From Chrysomallon squamiferum (lineage: Eukaryota > Animalia > Mollusca), in contig CM022665.1 of NCBI GenBank assembly GCA_012295275.1, positions 36,642,001-36,706,000 of the forward strand: 64,000 bases of DNA. Reading direction: 5' to 3'. The translations under genes and the position numbers were made by a program. The notes below the pieces were generated by a model. That model was not told the origin of the DNA and ran no database searches. It was given only the letters and a program-made list of their open reading frames with translations. Below are positions 29,543 through 44,705 of the stretch, piece after piece; position 1 is the stretch's first letter, and each line of letters opens with the position of its first letter.

Positions 29543-30689
29543 CATGTGTTATAGTAATAATAGTAACAATAATGCTTTCTTCCCCACATCCTTTCTGAAA
29601 TCCTGGATCTGTTCCTGAACCAGAGAAGACTTGGATGTAATGTATGAAAAAGATAATTTTTCGAGTATGTAGAAATCAGTGTGTTATATCTTTACATTCC
29701 GTTGCCAAGAATGTATGGCAGCATAACCAGATTATGAAACACAGTATGAAAATATAGACATGTGACCCAGTAAAATAATAATAGGATGATGATCATGATG
29801 ATTTATTATAATAATAATGATGACGATAAAGGAAAACTTGATGATACAGAACACTAATAATATGAAAATGATGGTGATGATGATCAAAAATAACAAGAAG
29901 AATACAAACAAAAACAAAAACAAGAAAACCAAGACTTTAGTGAATGTAAAATAGTTCACGAATGTTTCAGAAAAACTATGTTTTTTTTTTCTTTCACTTT
30001 CACCATAACAATACTCACGTTCACCCAAACACACTTGCACTGACATCACTCATCCTATAAGACTCAACATAAAAGGATTCAAACAATAGAGTCTTTAAAG
30101 CGATAAAACAGAGAACTTCAGAGTCGCCTCCCTTGGCACGACAAACCTGATAGGTCTACGGCTTTTACGGAATGCTGAGATTTGTAAACTTTATTTATTT
30201 ATTTGTTTATATATTTATTTATTTATTTATGTATTTTATTATTGTTATTTAAGAAAAAAAATTGTCTCGTAATATATTTACCTTATGTACAGTTTAATGG
30301 TATTGTCAGTGCTTATTTTGTTCAATGTAACTGTTTTTCTGTCTTGTTTTAAATAAACATGACAAGCAAGGTAAATTCTGTGCATATAGATATTAAAATT
30401 ATATCTTTAAAGATTTTTTTTATGGAGTAGTTGACTGCCTTGAAGAAACTCACGTAACGTATTTGTTATTTAAAAAAATAAATTAAAAAATTCATATTAT
30501 TCAGATCAACCATGACAGTTATGATGTGGGTGTTAATAAATTTAGAATGAAAAAAATATTAGGGCGTTATTCATGCTTGTTAATAAATGTCATAAACACT
30601 GATGACACAGATTGGGCGTTTCCAGACTTGGTAGTGGTAAATACAGGCGTGTATTAATATTAAAATATGATTTCACGAGAAATATTTTG

Positions 30690-30800
30690 TTACGTATGTA
30701 TGTATGTATGTATGTATGTATGTATGTATGCATGCATGCATGCATGTATGTATGTATGTATGTATGTATGTATGTATGTATGTATGTATGTATGTATGTA

Positions 30801-30831
<31 letters not shown>

Positions 30832-30910
30832 GTGTGTATGTGTATGGATGGATGGATGGGTGGATGGATGGATGGATGTTTGTTTTTAAGCATATATATA
30901 TATATGTACA
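30690..30910. repeat. Compound (TATG)n/(TGTATG)n/(GATG)n microsatellite
   Basis: Directly visible. Confidence 0.95.
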
Positions 30911-31088
30911 TAATTATGCACGTTTCAATGTTACTGTATGTAGTTTTGTGTAGTTTTATTATTATTATTATTATTGTTGTTGTTGTTATTATTATTATTA
31001 TTAATTTTTTTTTTTTACAAATAAATGGTTGTATTATGAACATTTATTTTGATGGGTTAGATTGGTGCTGTTGTTATTGTTTATGTTA

Positions 31089-31121
<33 letters not shown>

Positions 31122-32324
31122 TTGTTATTGTGATTCATGTTCCTCGTGTCAGAGGAATATATCTTCGCTAAGTTCTCTATACTAGAATGATCCGCGAAAG
31201 CTCGCGTGACATGGCGATGGTCGAATCAGTCGTCTAGCCCGTAGAGAGAAAGAAAAGACTAAATCCAGCTTGACTGCCTCGCTGATTCATGCACAAGATA
31301 CCGTCACTGCATACTGCCGAGTTCTTTTGTGAGACGAAATTTATGACCCTTTGGTATTCATTTTTACATTTCTCCCATTGTCGAAGCCGCCATGATAGTG
31401 TCGTCTCACTGCAGGCATCGGCATAAAGAAACAAACAACACGTTATCGTGCAAGCCGAGTTTCAAACCCCGTCCTCGGTTATGGGACATTGATAGGTGGC
31501 GCATCAATTCGGTCATGCGTAGAAGAGGTCAGGGGAGGTCTTCTGGCTATAACGGATATCAGTACGATCTCGGGTATCTTTTGTGAAAATATTTAATGAT
31601 AAGGTAGATTTGTAAACGTAATATGCCATAAAATTCGGAATAAAATTTGAAGTCGCTCAGTTGGAAAGAATCGGCCATTTTCATGATACGTCTGATACTG
31701 CCAGCGGTGAAGATCTTTTCGTCACAGTTACATACGATCAGCTATAATGCGGTGTATGATTTCAACATACTCGTGCGTGTTATAAGGAAAATCAGCCACA
31801 CACGCGCCTCTATGAAATGTAAATTCCTTCCTTTTAAAAAATAGAAGCTGAAAGCGAGACAAATATAAAGTCAGAGTATGGCGACAAATACAATATGTAT
31901 GTACGCGAATTTGCAGTGAATGCATACGCATATATTTATTTGGTGAGTAAGAGAGTACAGTACGTGTATGTAAAATGCGTCGACTTCCATCCATTGTAGA
32001 ATAAATAATGTGGCTTTTGATAAATTGTTTTTTTTCTTGTAGTTTTACTGTTAGCGTTGTCTATGTTTTTTCTTCATAACTTTATATCAACATAATTACT
32101 CTACTTGCATGTGTTTTTATTGTATTTCTGGTTTTAATTGTAAAAGAAAAAACCTTGATTATCATCTAGATCAAATTTGAGAAGCAGACTGTAAAATTAC
32201 ATTTCTTGTTTTATTACTCAATACATTCTCATCGTCAAATTAAAAGAAGAAAAACAAATAAAAATGAGAGATGAAAAGCTATCATTTTCATAACGTCAAG
32301 AAATTTCTTTTCAGAAATATATTT

Positions 32325-33120
32325 TGCCAATTGGATGTATTAACCCGATATCGTTCTATTGATTGGCAGTTTACTGGAAGCTACAAACCAAACAACTACG
32401 TCTAACTTCAGAACGACAGACAAATGATCTCTCATAACATTAACCAAAAAGCCACATATCATCGTGAAAAATACATTCAAGGGACATCTACTGTCATATT
32501 TTGTGTGGCTCAGGTTATAGCCGGCTATATCTTCCGCCATGAAGAAGGCCGTCCAATCAGATAAGGCAATGGCAATCCATTATGAAGCGAGTGTCGGCTT
32601 CATTCTAGATCAATATCGCGAAATTAATAACGAAACATGAAAAATCGTGATCTTCAGCCTCCGATAAGACAGCGTAATTCCAAATGGTGGCCATCACGTT
32701 AAGATTATTTGTCATAGAGAGTTCTCGTTTTCCGGCCTAATCGCATCATTACTTACTATAATAACAGTGAATAACTGCGCTGGGGAAAGTAGTATCTTCC
32801 CGAAAAATCTTGTGCGTCACGTGATCAAGACCCGACGGATTAAAATATGGTCGTTGATAATCGCCAAACGTGATGTTACGCGTTTGACGTCACTTACCGG
32901 TGCGTTTCTGTCCCAAGACAAATATTTATTTATCTTTGGAAGATAATAATAATAGTAATAATAGTAGTAATAATAATAATAATAATAATAATCATAATTA
33001 AACCCTAGAAAAGTGTTACCGAAAAGCGCCACCGGAGTTGATCGAATTAACTCGAATCACCCACTGTTTTTAAAAACAACACGACGAGCTATCGCAGAGG
33101 GTGAATGTTCTAAATATCAC
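32325..33120. promoter_or_regulatory. Promoter-like island (CCAAT boxes, YY1-like, E-box, CRE)
   Basis: TGATTGGCAG, GTCCAATCAG, AAATGGTGGC, GTCACGTGAT, TGACGTCA (32885-32892), plus a minus-strand CCG|GTAAGT donor at 32897-32892. Confidence 0.35.
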
Positions 33121-34109
33121 GAATGTTGATATTTTCATTACACATCTTTTATAATTTATACACTTAGAAATAATCTAAATGGTAAATTAAAATATTAATT
33201 CAAATATCTTGTTTTTCAAACAACGAAGGCAATTAATTTTCATTTCACAAGCAGTTAATTTACTTATCTATTATCATTTTACTCTATTTACTTGTGTACA
33301 TATTTATTTAGCTCGTATCAATTAATGAAAACGTTTTTGTTGTTGTTGTTTTTTTAAATTACAATTATTTACTATTTAAAACATTTTCTGGAGAATAATA
33401 AAACTATAAAATTAATCAACGTTATTACTATCCAAATTAGTAACATTTTAGTTTCATTTTGATTTCGTCTGCTATAATTTTTTTTTCTTCTTTTCTTTGA
33501 ATTTCATTGTTCTCAAGCGTACCTATTTTACGCTTTCTATTTTTATTTATTTACATATTATATATATTATATATATTATTATTATTATTATTTTTATTAT
33601 TTCTACCTTTATTTTTATTATATTTATTTCTTCTATTATACATATGTATGTATATATGTGTGTGTGTATATATACATACATACAAACATACATACACACA
33701 AACATTTCTAAAATCCATTAATATTTATAGTATTTGCTTTTATCGCGAGCATTTTGAAACTTTATTTTTAAATATCACTGTATATAATTTTTTTACTAGA
33801 AACACGACAGTAAATGGTGTTAATTATATACCTATAAAAACCTCAAAGTACCGACAAGTTGGAAGAGGTCAAACATTCACAGATAAACAGATTTTCATTT
33901 CTCAGGTGGGTCCTATTTTCGACTTTAATCGAACCATAAAATTCCAATTATACGTATGCTTCTTATCAAATAATATCTCAGGTGACTTTGACATATAATT
34001 ACTGACACGTTGATAGATAATTAAAAGATAGAAGAAAACTGAGGCAGGAAAAAAATTACACAATTTTGTATAATTCTACAGAGAGAATTACAATTAATAG
34101 CGTATTATT

Positions 34110-34655
34110 GATTTAGTAGTTTTATCGAAAGTATTACCGTTATTAAATTTGTATTTAATTATTAGTTTTATCGAAAACATTACAGTTATTTAAGTAAAAC
34201 ATATTTATTAGTTCACCTGCTGTTTTGAAAGATATAAAACATATTTGCTTAAGCTTTATTTAATTCTTAGTTTTGGCGAACGTATTACCGTTATTTACGT
34301 ATCGGACAATAATTTTTAATAAGAATTCTTTACAGTTATTTAAGACTATTTTAACTCATTTCTTTTAACGAAGAAATTACATTACATTATTTTGTTGTTG
34401 TTCTTGTTACCGTATTATAAATATTATTTGATTGTTAGTTTTACCTAAAAATTGCCATTATTTAAGGTTTACAGAAAAAAAAGAAAACAAAAACAAGAAA
34501 AAAAGCAATCAAGCATCACTTAACATAATTTTACCGAAAGAATTACCGTTATTAAACTACCAAATAAATTTTTGTTTAATCAAAAGCATTACCGTTATAT
34601 AAATCTCATATAATTTGTAGTTTTAACGAACCAATTAAAGTTATTTAAATTTTAT
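34110..34655. repeat. Degenerate minisatellite, core AGTTTTATCGAAAGTATTACCGTTATTTAA
   Basis: About 9-10 diverged copies, e.g. near 34117, 34162, 34268, 34437, 34528, 34618. Confidence 0.8.
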
Positions 34656-35458
34656 TTATTATTTTTTCTACCATTCCCGGTGGGACCAACAACAAACAAA
34701 CAAACAAAAAATAAAATAAAATAAATAAAATAGAAAATAAAAATTTAGTATGAATACAAATAAATCTATTTCTTATTTAATAAGATTTATCTAATCTTCA
34801 CAATTTATCGAGTATACTTTAAAACATAGTAATATTATAAGACACATTAATAAGTATATATTTTTTTTATAAATTTTATTTTACATAAAAGTGCCAGCCT
34901 CTAACTTAATTTTCCAAAATTTTGTTTGTTAATTATTTCATAAAAATGGAAAAAGAGAAATGAATTAATTCAGACTTAAATTTTATATATTTACTGTATT
35001 TTATATAGCTGTACTGACACTGAAATAGGAATTTTTGTGTTTATAATTTTGGTTTGTTATTAACGACAATAGTCACGTTAAACAACACGCCGCAATTTTT
35101 AATTTAAAACAGTTAAAGCTAACTGTAAAGAAAAAACGAACAATAACACACAAACACAGACAGATGCACAGAAAGGCAGACAGGTAGATAAACAGAGAGA
35201 CAGACAGATAAATACAGAGACAGACAGACTGACAGATGGATAGATAAACACGTAGCAATGGTAGAGAGACAGAGAAAATGTTGAATGCAATTTTAGAAAT
35301 TGTTTTGGAAATATATTGGAAATAGATAAATAAATTACTACATGTATGGAATAGAAGAATGAATAAATAAATGAATGAATGGATGGAAGGGTGAATGAAA
35401 GAATGAATGAGTGAATGAAGGTTAATAATCCATTTTTCATACAAACATTTTGTGTCAC

Positions 35459-35506
<48 letters not shown>

Positions 35507-35969
35507 TGACATTTAATAAACTTTATTAAAACCATGTACTAAACAAAAACTAAAATATCTATTAAAAACAAATTTAAATTAATTTTTATATCAGAATTTA
35601 ATCTAAAATAAAACCTAATAATAATTAAAATATATATATATATATGGTTTCAACCACGTTCGATAACTGTAAAATGATTTCGTAATGTATGAATTAAACG
35701 CGCTCTCTCATTGGTTGTCTTGGTATCACCTGATGTATGTTCACACAGTAATGTGATGTGTAATGCCTGCTAATCCAGTAATCTGCCTATTTAAAACCAT
35801 GCACAGAATACCTCTTGTATGTAACACTATTGTTTGTTTTGTAAAAAGAGCAATGCGATTATTATGCTAAATATTAATAGTCATATACTTATGCTATGTT
35901 CTGCAAATGATAATCCATTGGCAAATCGAATATTTTATTATATCTATCATTTTTATTAATATTTTATTA

Positions 35970-36083
35970 TATATACTACTTTTACTGCAAATACTATTAC
36001 AACTGTTACTTCTACTGCTATTACAACTACTACTACAGTTACTACTACTATCATTATTATTTTTATTATTACTAAAACTGCTG

Positions 36084-36178
<95 letters not shown>

Positions 36179-36300
36179 AACAACAACTATTAGTATTACT
36201 ATTACTTCTACTACTACTATTCTGCTATATTATTACTACAATTAAAACTACAACTGCAACTGCAACAACTACTACTACAGTTATTATAAACTGTTATTGT
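35970..36300. repeat. Compound (TAC)n/(TAT)n microsatellite
   Basis: Directly visible; source of the poly-Leu/Ile ORF. Confidence 0.9.
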
Positions 36301-36524
36301 TTCTTTTACCGAAAATTAGTGATGAAGATTTCCTTTAAGCTATAGACAGTAGAAACAAGGAGGACATTACAGCATCTATTTATGTATCTGTAAATCTACC
36401 CTGTACAAAGTTATCTATACCACTCTACATAATCTATCTACATGATTTATTGCAACAATATTCTAACCACAATCTCACTAAGCTGTGGACTGACTACTTT
36501 TACTCCGTAATTTTTTTTTTTTTT

Positions 36525-36566
<42 letters not shown>

Positions 36567-36883
36567 CGCAATAATGAGTCGGAGCACGAAATCGGCGCAT
36601 TAACTTGAAGTAGACTCAATTAGCCTGGTGATTTTTCATCGTCATTCAAAAGTTGACACGGAGTGCCAACCGAAACGAAACGTCCGTTACATGACGCGAA
36701 GGAAAAAAAAAAAAAAGAAAGAAAAAGAAAAGAAAAGAAAATCTGGCTATTTTCAAATTACAAGTTGTTCCGATAAAAATCTTTAACTATGGTGACATTC
36801 TTTCACGTGGTTGGCTATATATATATATTTTTTTTTATTTTTATTTTTATTTTTATTTTTATTTTTATTTTTTTTTTTATTTT

Positions 36884-36918
<35 letters not shown>

Positions 36919-37582
36919 AATCCGAAAATCTGGTTTTAACGTGGGTTTTACTTTTGTCGACCAATCTTCGTCTTAATTTTCATGTGTCATTTGGTAAGTC
37001 AGAACAAATAAATGAAGCTATTTTTTTCTCTCTCTCTCTAAGACCAGTCTTATGTGTATAGTATGTCGAAATCAGTGAACTAAATCGATATATGGTTACG
37101 GTAAGTAACATAATAAATATCATCGGGTAATTTTAGGCTTATCGCGAGCTCAAATCAAATGTACGGGTATTCCATGATTACAAAAAGAAAAAAAAAAAAA
37201 AAAAAAAAAAAAAAGAAATAGGTACGCTATTATCGTCATTATCCTTCCTTTTTTTCTTTATTTTTTATTTTTTGACAAACCCATAACAAGTTTTATTATT
37301 GTAGTGTGAGAAAGAAAGAAGTTTTACGAAGAATCACGAGATGAGATTTGGTTTCTGTTTGTAAGATATTTCACAGGGCACTTATACAGAAAATAAAAAT
37401 TTAAAACCTCTAAGGAAATACGGTCCAGTGCCTATTTAGTTACATCCATTATCCAGATTAAAAAACATTATTTATAATTTACATCTGTATCAGATGTATT
37501 TTATGTAGTAAATAAAAGATAAGTATCTTGATACGAAAATCATATTTGTTACTGAAGTATCGTTTTTCAGAATGTCAGATGA

Positions 37583-37650
<68 letters not shown>

Positions 37651-39089
37651 AAAGATTTAGAATTATGTGTAAAACTAAATAACAGTAGTCTGTCAATAAA
37701 CACATATTGCTTTTCAGATATCAGCTCGTTACAGATTATTAATTTTATTATTATTGTTGTTGTTGTTGTGGTGGTGGTGGTAGCCGTTGTTGCTGTTGCT
37801 GTTAATCAACTGTTTTTAAAATGGTAGATGGTGTCCTAGGTATTTTATTACAGTTATTATTATCACTAAAACATTTTCCTTCACTGATTTAGTTACATGT
37901 TTTGGATGAATGAAATTTATGAAGTAAATAAAACAACTGATACCAAAATAATTTTAGCTGTATCATTGTTTGACTGTCTCTGTCTCTTTTTGACTTTATC
38001 TCAATTTATTTTGGTAACTCTTTGACTCTATCCTGATCACTGAATCTTTCTCTGCCTCCCTGTATCTGTCTCTATCTTCCTCATTAGTTTTCTCTTCTTG
38101 TCATCTCTCGTTCATACGTTTGTCTCGTTCTCTCATTCTTCCTGCAAACTCTCTCTTTCTCTCTCTCTCTTTTTCTTTCTGTTTCTCTCATTTACACCTC
38201 CCTGTCTTTTTTTCCCTCCCACACTCTGTCTATCTAGAATTTTTTTTTTCTCTCACTCTGTCTCTCTTTATGTAAAGTATGACTTCAACACGGTGTTAAA
38301 TCTTGCAATTCCGTGGTTGAAAGCTATCTCGTTCTGCCACTGTCACTCGGAGACGCGCCGAGATGCCCTGATGGGCAGTTTTAATACAAAACCCAGACTT
38401 CTTCCACCAGTCTATTAACTAACTCGGATGGGATCCGTATCTACGTACGTCCATCAAAACTTACGCCACTTCATTGAAACCGTCTCGTGGTATTCTCTTC
38501 CCCTGCTTATCGACATCAACTCTGATTGTCAGTAGACATAAAGAAACCGAGAATGACTATAAACGCTTAAGTTGTCTATTTAATTTTGACATACTGAATT
38601 TCAAACTTTTCAAAACAAACGACATCGGGAACGCCGCGTCTGCAAACCATCAGTTAACTAAACTGATTTTACAAAAGAAACTAAGATCGCGTTTCGTTCT
38701 TATTTTACGCTCTGCGAGAGAAATTATACCACATTGTCACCGAAGCATAAAGTTCCCCCGTAATGTTTGATATAAAAATAATCAAGTTTTTCCGCAATGT
38801 TTAATAGAAAAATAATAAAGTTATACATAAAACTAATATTGTGGCAAAACATTTTTCACGTGGAGAAACTAATGTAAAAAGTAGTTTACGTATTTTGAGT
38901 GAAAATAAAGAATAATAATGATTTATTTTCCAGTGCGTGATTATTTGTGTAAATGAATACTAATTTGCCAGTATTTGGAAATATTTGAAATTGGCACAGA
39001 TGTTGTTATATATGTAAATAACATTGTTAACTGAATCAAACGTATAAAAACATAATAAAAATGTAGAACATTAAATAATGACGAAGACG

Positions 39090-39150
<61 letters not shown>

Positions 39151-41397
39151 TGATGATGATGATGATGATGACGAATAAATAAATAAATAAATAAATAAAT
39201 AAATTAATTAATTAATAACAAACGACAACGACTACTAATACTACGACCATAACTACTACCGCTACTACTACTGCAGTTATTATGTTCTTGTTGCTTCTAT
39301 TACTTACTATACAGCATTGATTTATTTCATTTACAAATATATTTTATTTAAACGTAAATATAAAAAAATTACTTTTCATTTTATTATATTAATATTTTAA
39401 TTGCAAAATTAACATTTAAAGGAAACAAAACCAGTACTCAAATGTATTTAAATTAATTCTACAATTCAAGTATTTTAATCACTAATTTTACGTAAATAAA
39501 TCGAAACACGACAACGATATATATTATGTTAATTATTATCTATCAAATGTTAAAATCACTGAGTCACCATGTTCATTTCATTAAATAAAATTACTTCCGT
39601 CACAACAGGTAAATAATTATCCGTTGAGAACATTTATCAATGAACATTTGATTAAAGAAAAGAAAAAAAAAAAGAAGAAAAGAAAAAAAACATGAAGCAA
39701 AACAATGGTGCTGTTGTTGTCGTTGTTACTGCTAATATTCTTGTTATTATCACTGTTGTTGTCGGTGTTTCTGCTGCTGCTGTTGCTGTTATATGCAAAT
39801 CGTGGTAATTAAGTGCTATCTGATAAAAAATTTATTTCTCCTAAAATATCATTTTTTCCTAAGTTTAGAATTGCAGTTAATTATTAATATATAATGAAGA
39901 AATAAATTATTTCTTGCGGTAAAAAAATATGTCGATAATTATGATGCTGTTGAGAAATTTATTGATGATGTTAAAGTCAATAATGATAATGTTGATGACG
40001 ATGATTAAACAAGAGGAAATAACGAAGAAAAACGGAAGGAAAGAAAGAACGACAGAGGAATAAACGCATTAATGTATGGATTAACTGGATCAGTTATTAG
40101 ACAAACTCTAGTAGTAGTTAAGTCAAATAAAAAACAACTACTAAACTCCAATAAAATAAAGTAATAAATTAAAAGAAAAGAAAATATAAATAAAAATAAA
40201 CTTAAAGTAATAAATTAAAAAACTAAAAATTATAATATAATTTAAAAATAATTATAATAATAATAATAATAATTTAGAAAGAAAAAAATTTAAAGAAATA
40301 ATTAAAAACAAAACGTGTCATTTCTGTTAAAGCTTTTTCTTCCTTTTTTAAATTTTTTAAAATTTTAAAATTTTATTTAATTTATTTTTTAATTTTTAAT
40401 TATATTTATTTATTTATATATTTATTTTATTTTATTTTTTTTTTTTTTTTTTTTTTAAAACAAAACATTTTTTAAACAACAAGCTTGTTCACATATTTTT
40501 TTTTTCTTTCTCATATCTCTTGCGCACCGAGAGAAAGGATCTCCACGGAAGCTTCTTATAAATAAAATTAATGTAAAATGCCGCGCGCATTGTGGAACAT
40601 TTTCCGTTAAACTTGCGCTCTAAGATCACTTTGTTATTTTCAGTCGAACTCTCCACGGAGTTGTTCTCAAAATACCGAGACAATTGAGATAGTTTTAACA
40701 TCGACGCAGAGTCCGTGGAGAGCGCGTGAAATATGTTTCTCCACATTTCATCGAAGTAAGTGGTGCTGCGCGACTATAGCGTTTCCTGTTTGTCACAGTC
40801 GTGTAAATTGTAGGTGAAATTTGCACCGTCCACTTCACGTGCTAACGAAGGCCGGGTTACACAGACACAGACCAGCAGACCGGCCCGACGAAGGCGAACT
40901 TCACACAAAACTACAGACCTCCGCCACTGTCTGCACGTTTTCCTGTTCACGAGAAATTAATTCGTAGCGGCTCAGTCTGTGTAATTCATTTCCGCGTTTG
41001 AAAGTTTAGCTAGGTAAAACTATTAAACCGAGTTACGTTTTTTTGTTTTTTGTTGTTGTTGTTTTTTTTTTTTTTTTTGGAGGAGACAATGAAAATTATT
41101 TCTTGAAATGTTATCGATAGATTTTGGGTTTTTTTTGTGCGGTTTAAATGCTTATTATAGTATGTATCGTAATAAACTGTCTCTATGACAACAGTTCGCA
41201 GTAGAGTAAATTTGAGTAGTTTGTTACTTACAGAGGCATCTGTTCTGTGTATTTAGTTAGAAACAGTTCTGATACACCTAGCTAAAAAAACAGATGGATG
41301 ACAGGTATATATTTTAATATATTTCTCTTTTGTTTTATATAAGAGTCAATAATTTGAACACAATTTTATTTTGTGAACTTTTTTCAAGATAATGAGT

Positions 41398-41399
<2 letters not shown>

Positions 41400-41472
<73 letters not shown>
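41400..41472. repeat. (TC)n microsatellite
   Basis: Directly visible. Confidence 0.97.
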
Positions 41473-41477
<5 letters not shown>

Positions 41478-42232
41478 TTATTTGGTTTCAAAACATCTTA
41501 TTTTTCTCGATATTTATTAGTGGGTTTTTTCTTAATTACAAAAAACGTAACTAATTCGTTAAAAAAAAAAAAAGCTAAATAATTAATGAAGAGTGATTTC
41601 ACTAACTGACCTCTTGTATTGTTATTCACTTGTGTCTTTTTATCGAAAACCGAAAAAGTCAGCGAAATTTAAAACGATATATTTTCTGTCTTGACAACGA
41701 CGTCCAGATGTACTCATTGACTCTCTACCACTTCATCAATGTTGTATTGGCATTCTACGACGTCCACAACGTGCTATGGCACACGCACATCTCATCTGTC
41801 ACCACAACGGTAATGGAATTCAAAGATTTCTTGCGTTTCATTTCTTAACGCTGTTCCCTGAAGGAATCTGACTATTCTTTGTGAATTACACTATGTATGA
41901 ATGACGTCATAAATATTTGACCAGTCGCTATTTTATGCTGTGTACCGCATATGATATACGGCCGATAGATTACCACGCGTATTACATTTGACAATGATGG
42001 CATGAATTAGCAAAAAGTACATGGTTTAATACACACAATGCTTGTTAATACAGAAGTAAATGTCAGGATGGTACAGTATGAATTTCTTAAACATGCCTAA
42101 CGCGATAAACCATCTTTGTGATCTTTTTAAAAATTAACAGCTGAATAGAATAGTTTTAACAAAACAAGTAAGAATGTGTACATCTTTACGTTATACAGGG
42201 GTCTGCATTCTGTTTGTATGTGATGTGTGTGC

Positions 42233-42339
<107 letters not shown>

Positions 42340-43164
42340 AAATATAGTATACATGTCTGCGAATGCATGTTTAGGTATTTGCTGCTGTTATTATTATTTT
42401 GAAAAAAGTTTCATAAATTAACTGAAAATTACAGATTCTGTTCATTGTGCAGATATCGTCGTAAAGTTTAAATAATAAGTAATAAAATTATGTAACCAGT
42501 CATGATTTATTTTCACACTAGATACATATATGTTTATGTATGTATATGTGTATGTATTTATATATGTATATGTGTATGTATGTGAGTGTATATATGTATG
42601 GATGGATATGATAATTTGTTGTATATAAAACTGTGTATATAAGTACATACAGATCTTGAAAGTTAAGTGTATAATTATTCTTGTGTATATGTATATATGT
42701 TTGTCAATTTATGCTTCCGTCATTTGTAAAATAATTAAATATTCAAAATATGTGCATATTTAAAATTTCAAGTTCATTTAAGACATTTTCTGAATAATAT
42801 ATTTGTATGTGTTCGAGATGTACCGACAATAGCAGAAAATCCCACAAAACACTCTAATAAAAAAAATTAAAATAAATATTAGATGTGGGTGTTGATTAAT
42901 TGTTATTTCAAATGTGAAAGTTATACAGTAAAAACTGACTCATAATAAAGCAAGGTGTTTTATCAGTGGCGACGATAATGATGATGATGTTAATGATTTT
43001 AATCCTGATGATGATGATGATGACAACGACGACGATGATGATGATAATGATAAATAAGTTGACGATTACGATCATAAATAAAAACATTCATTATTATTAT
43101 AATTAGTATTATTATTATTATCGTCATCATCATTATTATTATTAGAAGAAGAAGAAGTAGTAGC

Positions 43165-43195
<31 letters not shown>

Positions 43196-44020
43196 TGGCG
43201 TTGATGATGATGACGTAGTTGTTGACGTAGTTGTTGACGACGATAACGAAGACGATGATCAACACACTTCAACAGCGAATTACCACGTCAGTTTCAATCA
43301 CTGTCGCTGGAAAAACGTCTACACAGTTAATGCCTCCGACTCTCGATTTTGTCAAATTTAAATTTCCAATTACTGTTTGCCGGTTGACAAAATGAATGGC
43401 ATTGATTTAAATAAACAAAACACGTGTCAGTTCTTTGGAAGAAACTTTGACAGCGTTTGAAAACGTGTACAAGTGGAACGAGAAACCGTAACCCGATTCT
43501 CGTTTGAACCAATTCTCAACGTTATCACGCCAACGGAGCGGTGACCAAGTTACACATAGTATTTATTTAGTCTTTGCAAGTCTTGTAACGTAATAAAGGA
43601 AATTAGTTCACAGCATTTAGTTCTCTATATATCCCAGCCAGCCAATGAGGTTCATTAGTTTCGACTTCGTTACTGGGTGTCAGATGAGAACTCCAAGTTT
43701 CTTTTGAAGTTTAACGAAATGCTGAATAAATAGATTAGAGTGAAAGAGGGGGATAAAAACCAACATCTCGGAATCTAGTGCACATAAGTCTTTGATATGA
43801 ATGAACAGTGCCTGGTGGATTTGAAGATAATTACTTTTAGAAGGGAAAAAGAGAGAAAAAAAAAAAAAAACAAGGAAAAAAAAGGAATGAGTTTTTTTTT
43901 TTTCAGAAATATATATTTTGACAGAAAGAGATACGTACTTATATATAGATGCATGCATACATATGTTTGTAAATTAATGAACACATTCATACGTAGGTAA
44001 ATACCTAAATATACAGATAT

Positions 44021-44069
<49 letters not shown>

Positions 44070-44673
44070 CATACAAATGCACAATGAATTGATGATGGAT
44101 GGATTAAAAGACAGATGAACGAATGGCCGGGTGCTAGCGTATGCATCTGTAATGTATATATATGTCTAAGAGTATACTTCACGTGCATTTGTTTTCATAA
44201 ATAAATTTGTTATTTTTGCATAATTTTTCATTCTTCTTCTTTGTTTTATGTTTATTTTATGTTATTTTATTTTATTTTGTTTTATAATTATAGTCACGTT
44301 TTTATCTAAGGCAATTAAATATCGATTTTATCACTTCAAATAAGATTCAGCTAAAATACGTTAGGGTTTAGTTTTGGGAAATCGTTTGTCTTTTCGTATT
44401 ATTTTCGTTTTGTTTTAATTTTATTTTATTATTATATATATATATATATTTTTTTTAATTTAATTTAATTTTATTTTATTTTTATTTTTTTATTATTGTT
44501 ATTTTTTAGTTTGTTTGTTTATTTGTTTATTTATTTATTATTTATTTTTTTTTTTTTTTTCATTTTAAACTGTGTGCTTCTTCACATTATCTCCAATTTT
44601 TAAAACATTCCTTTTCGATTATTATTATTATTATTATTACTTAATACATTTTTTACCGTTACATACATTCACT

Positions 44674-44705
<32 letters not shown>

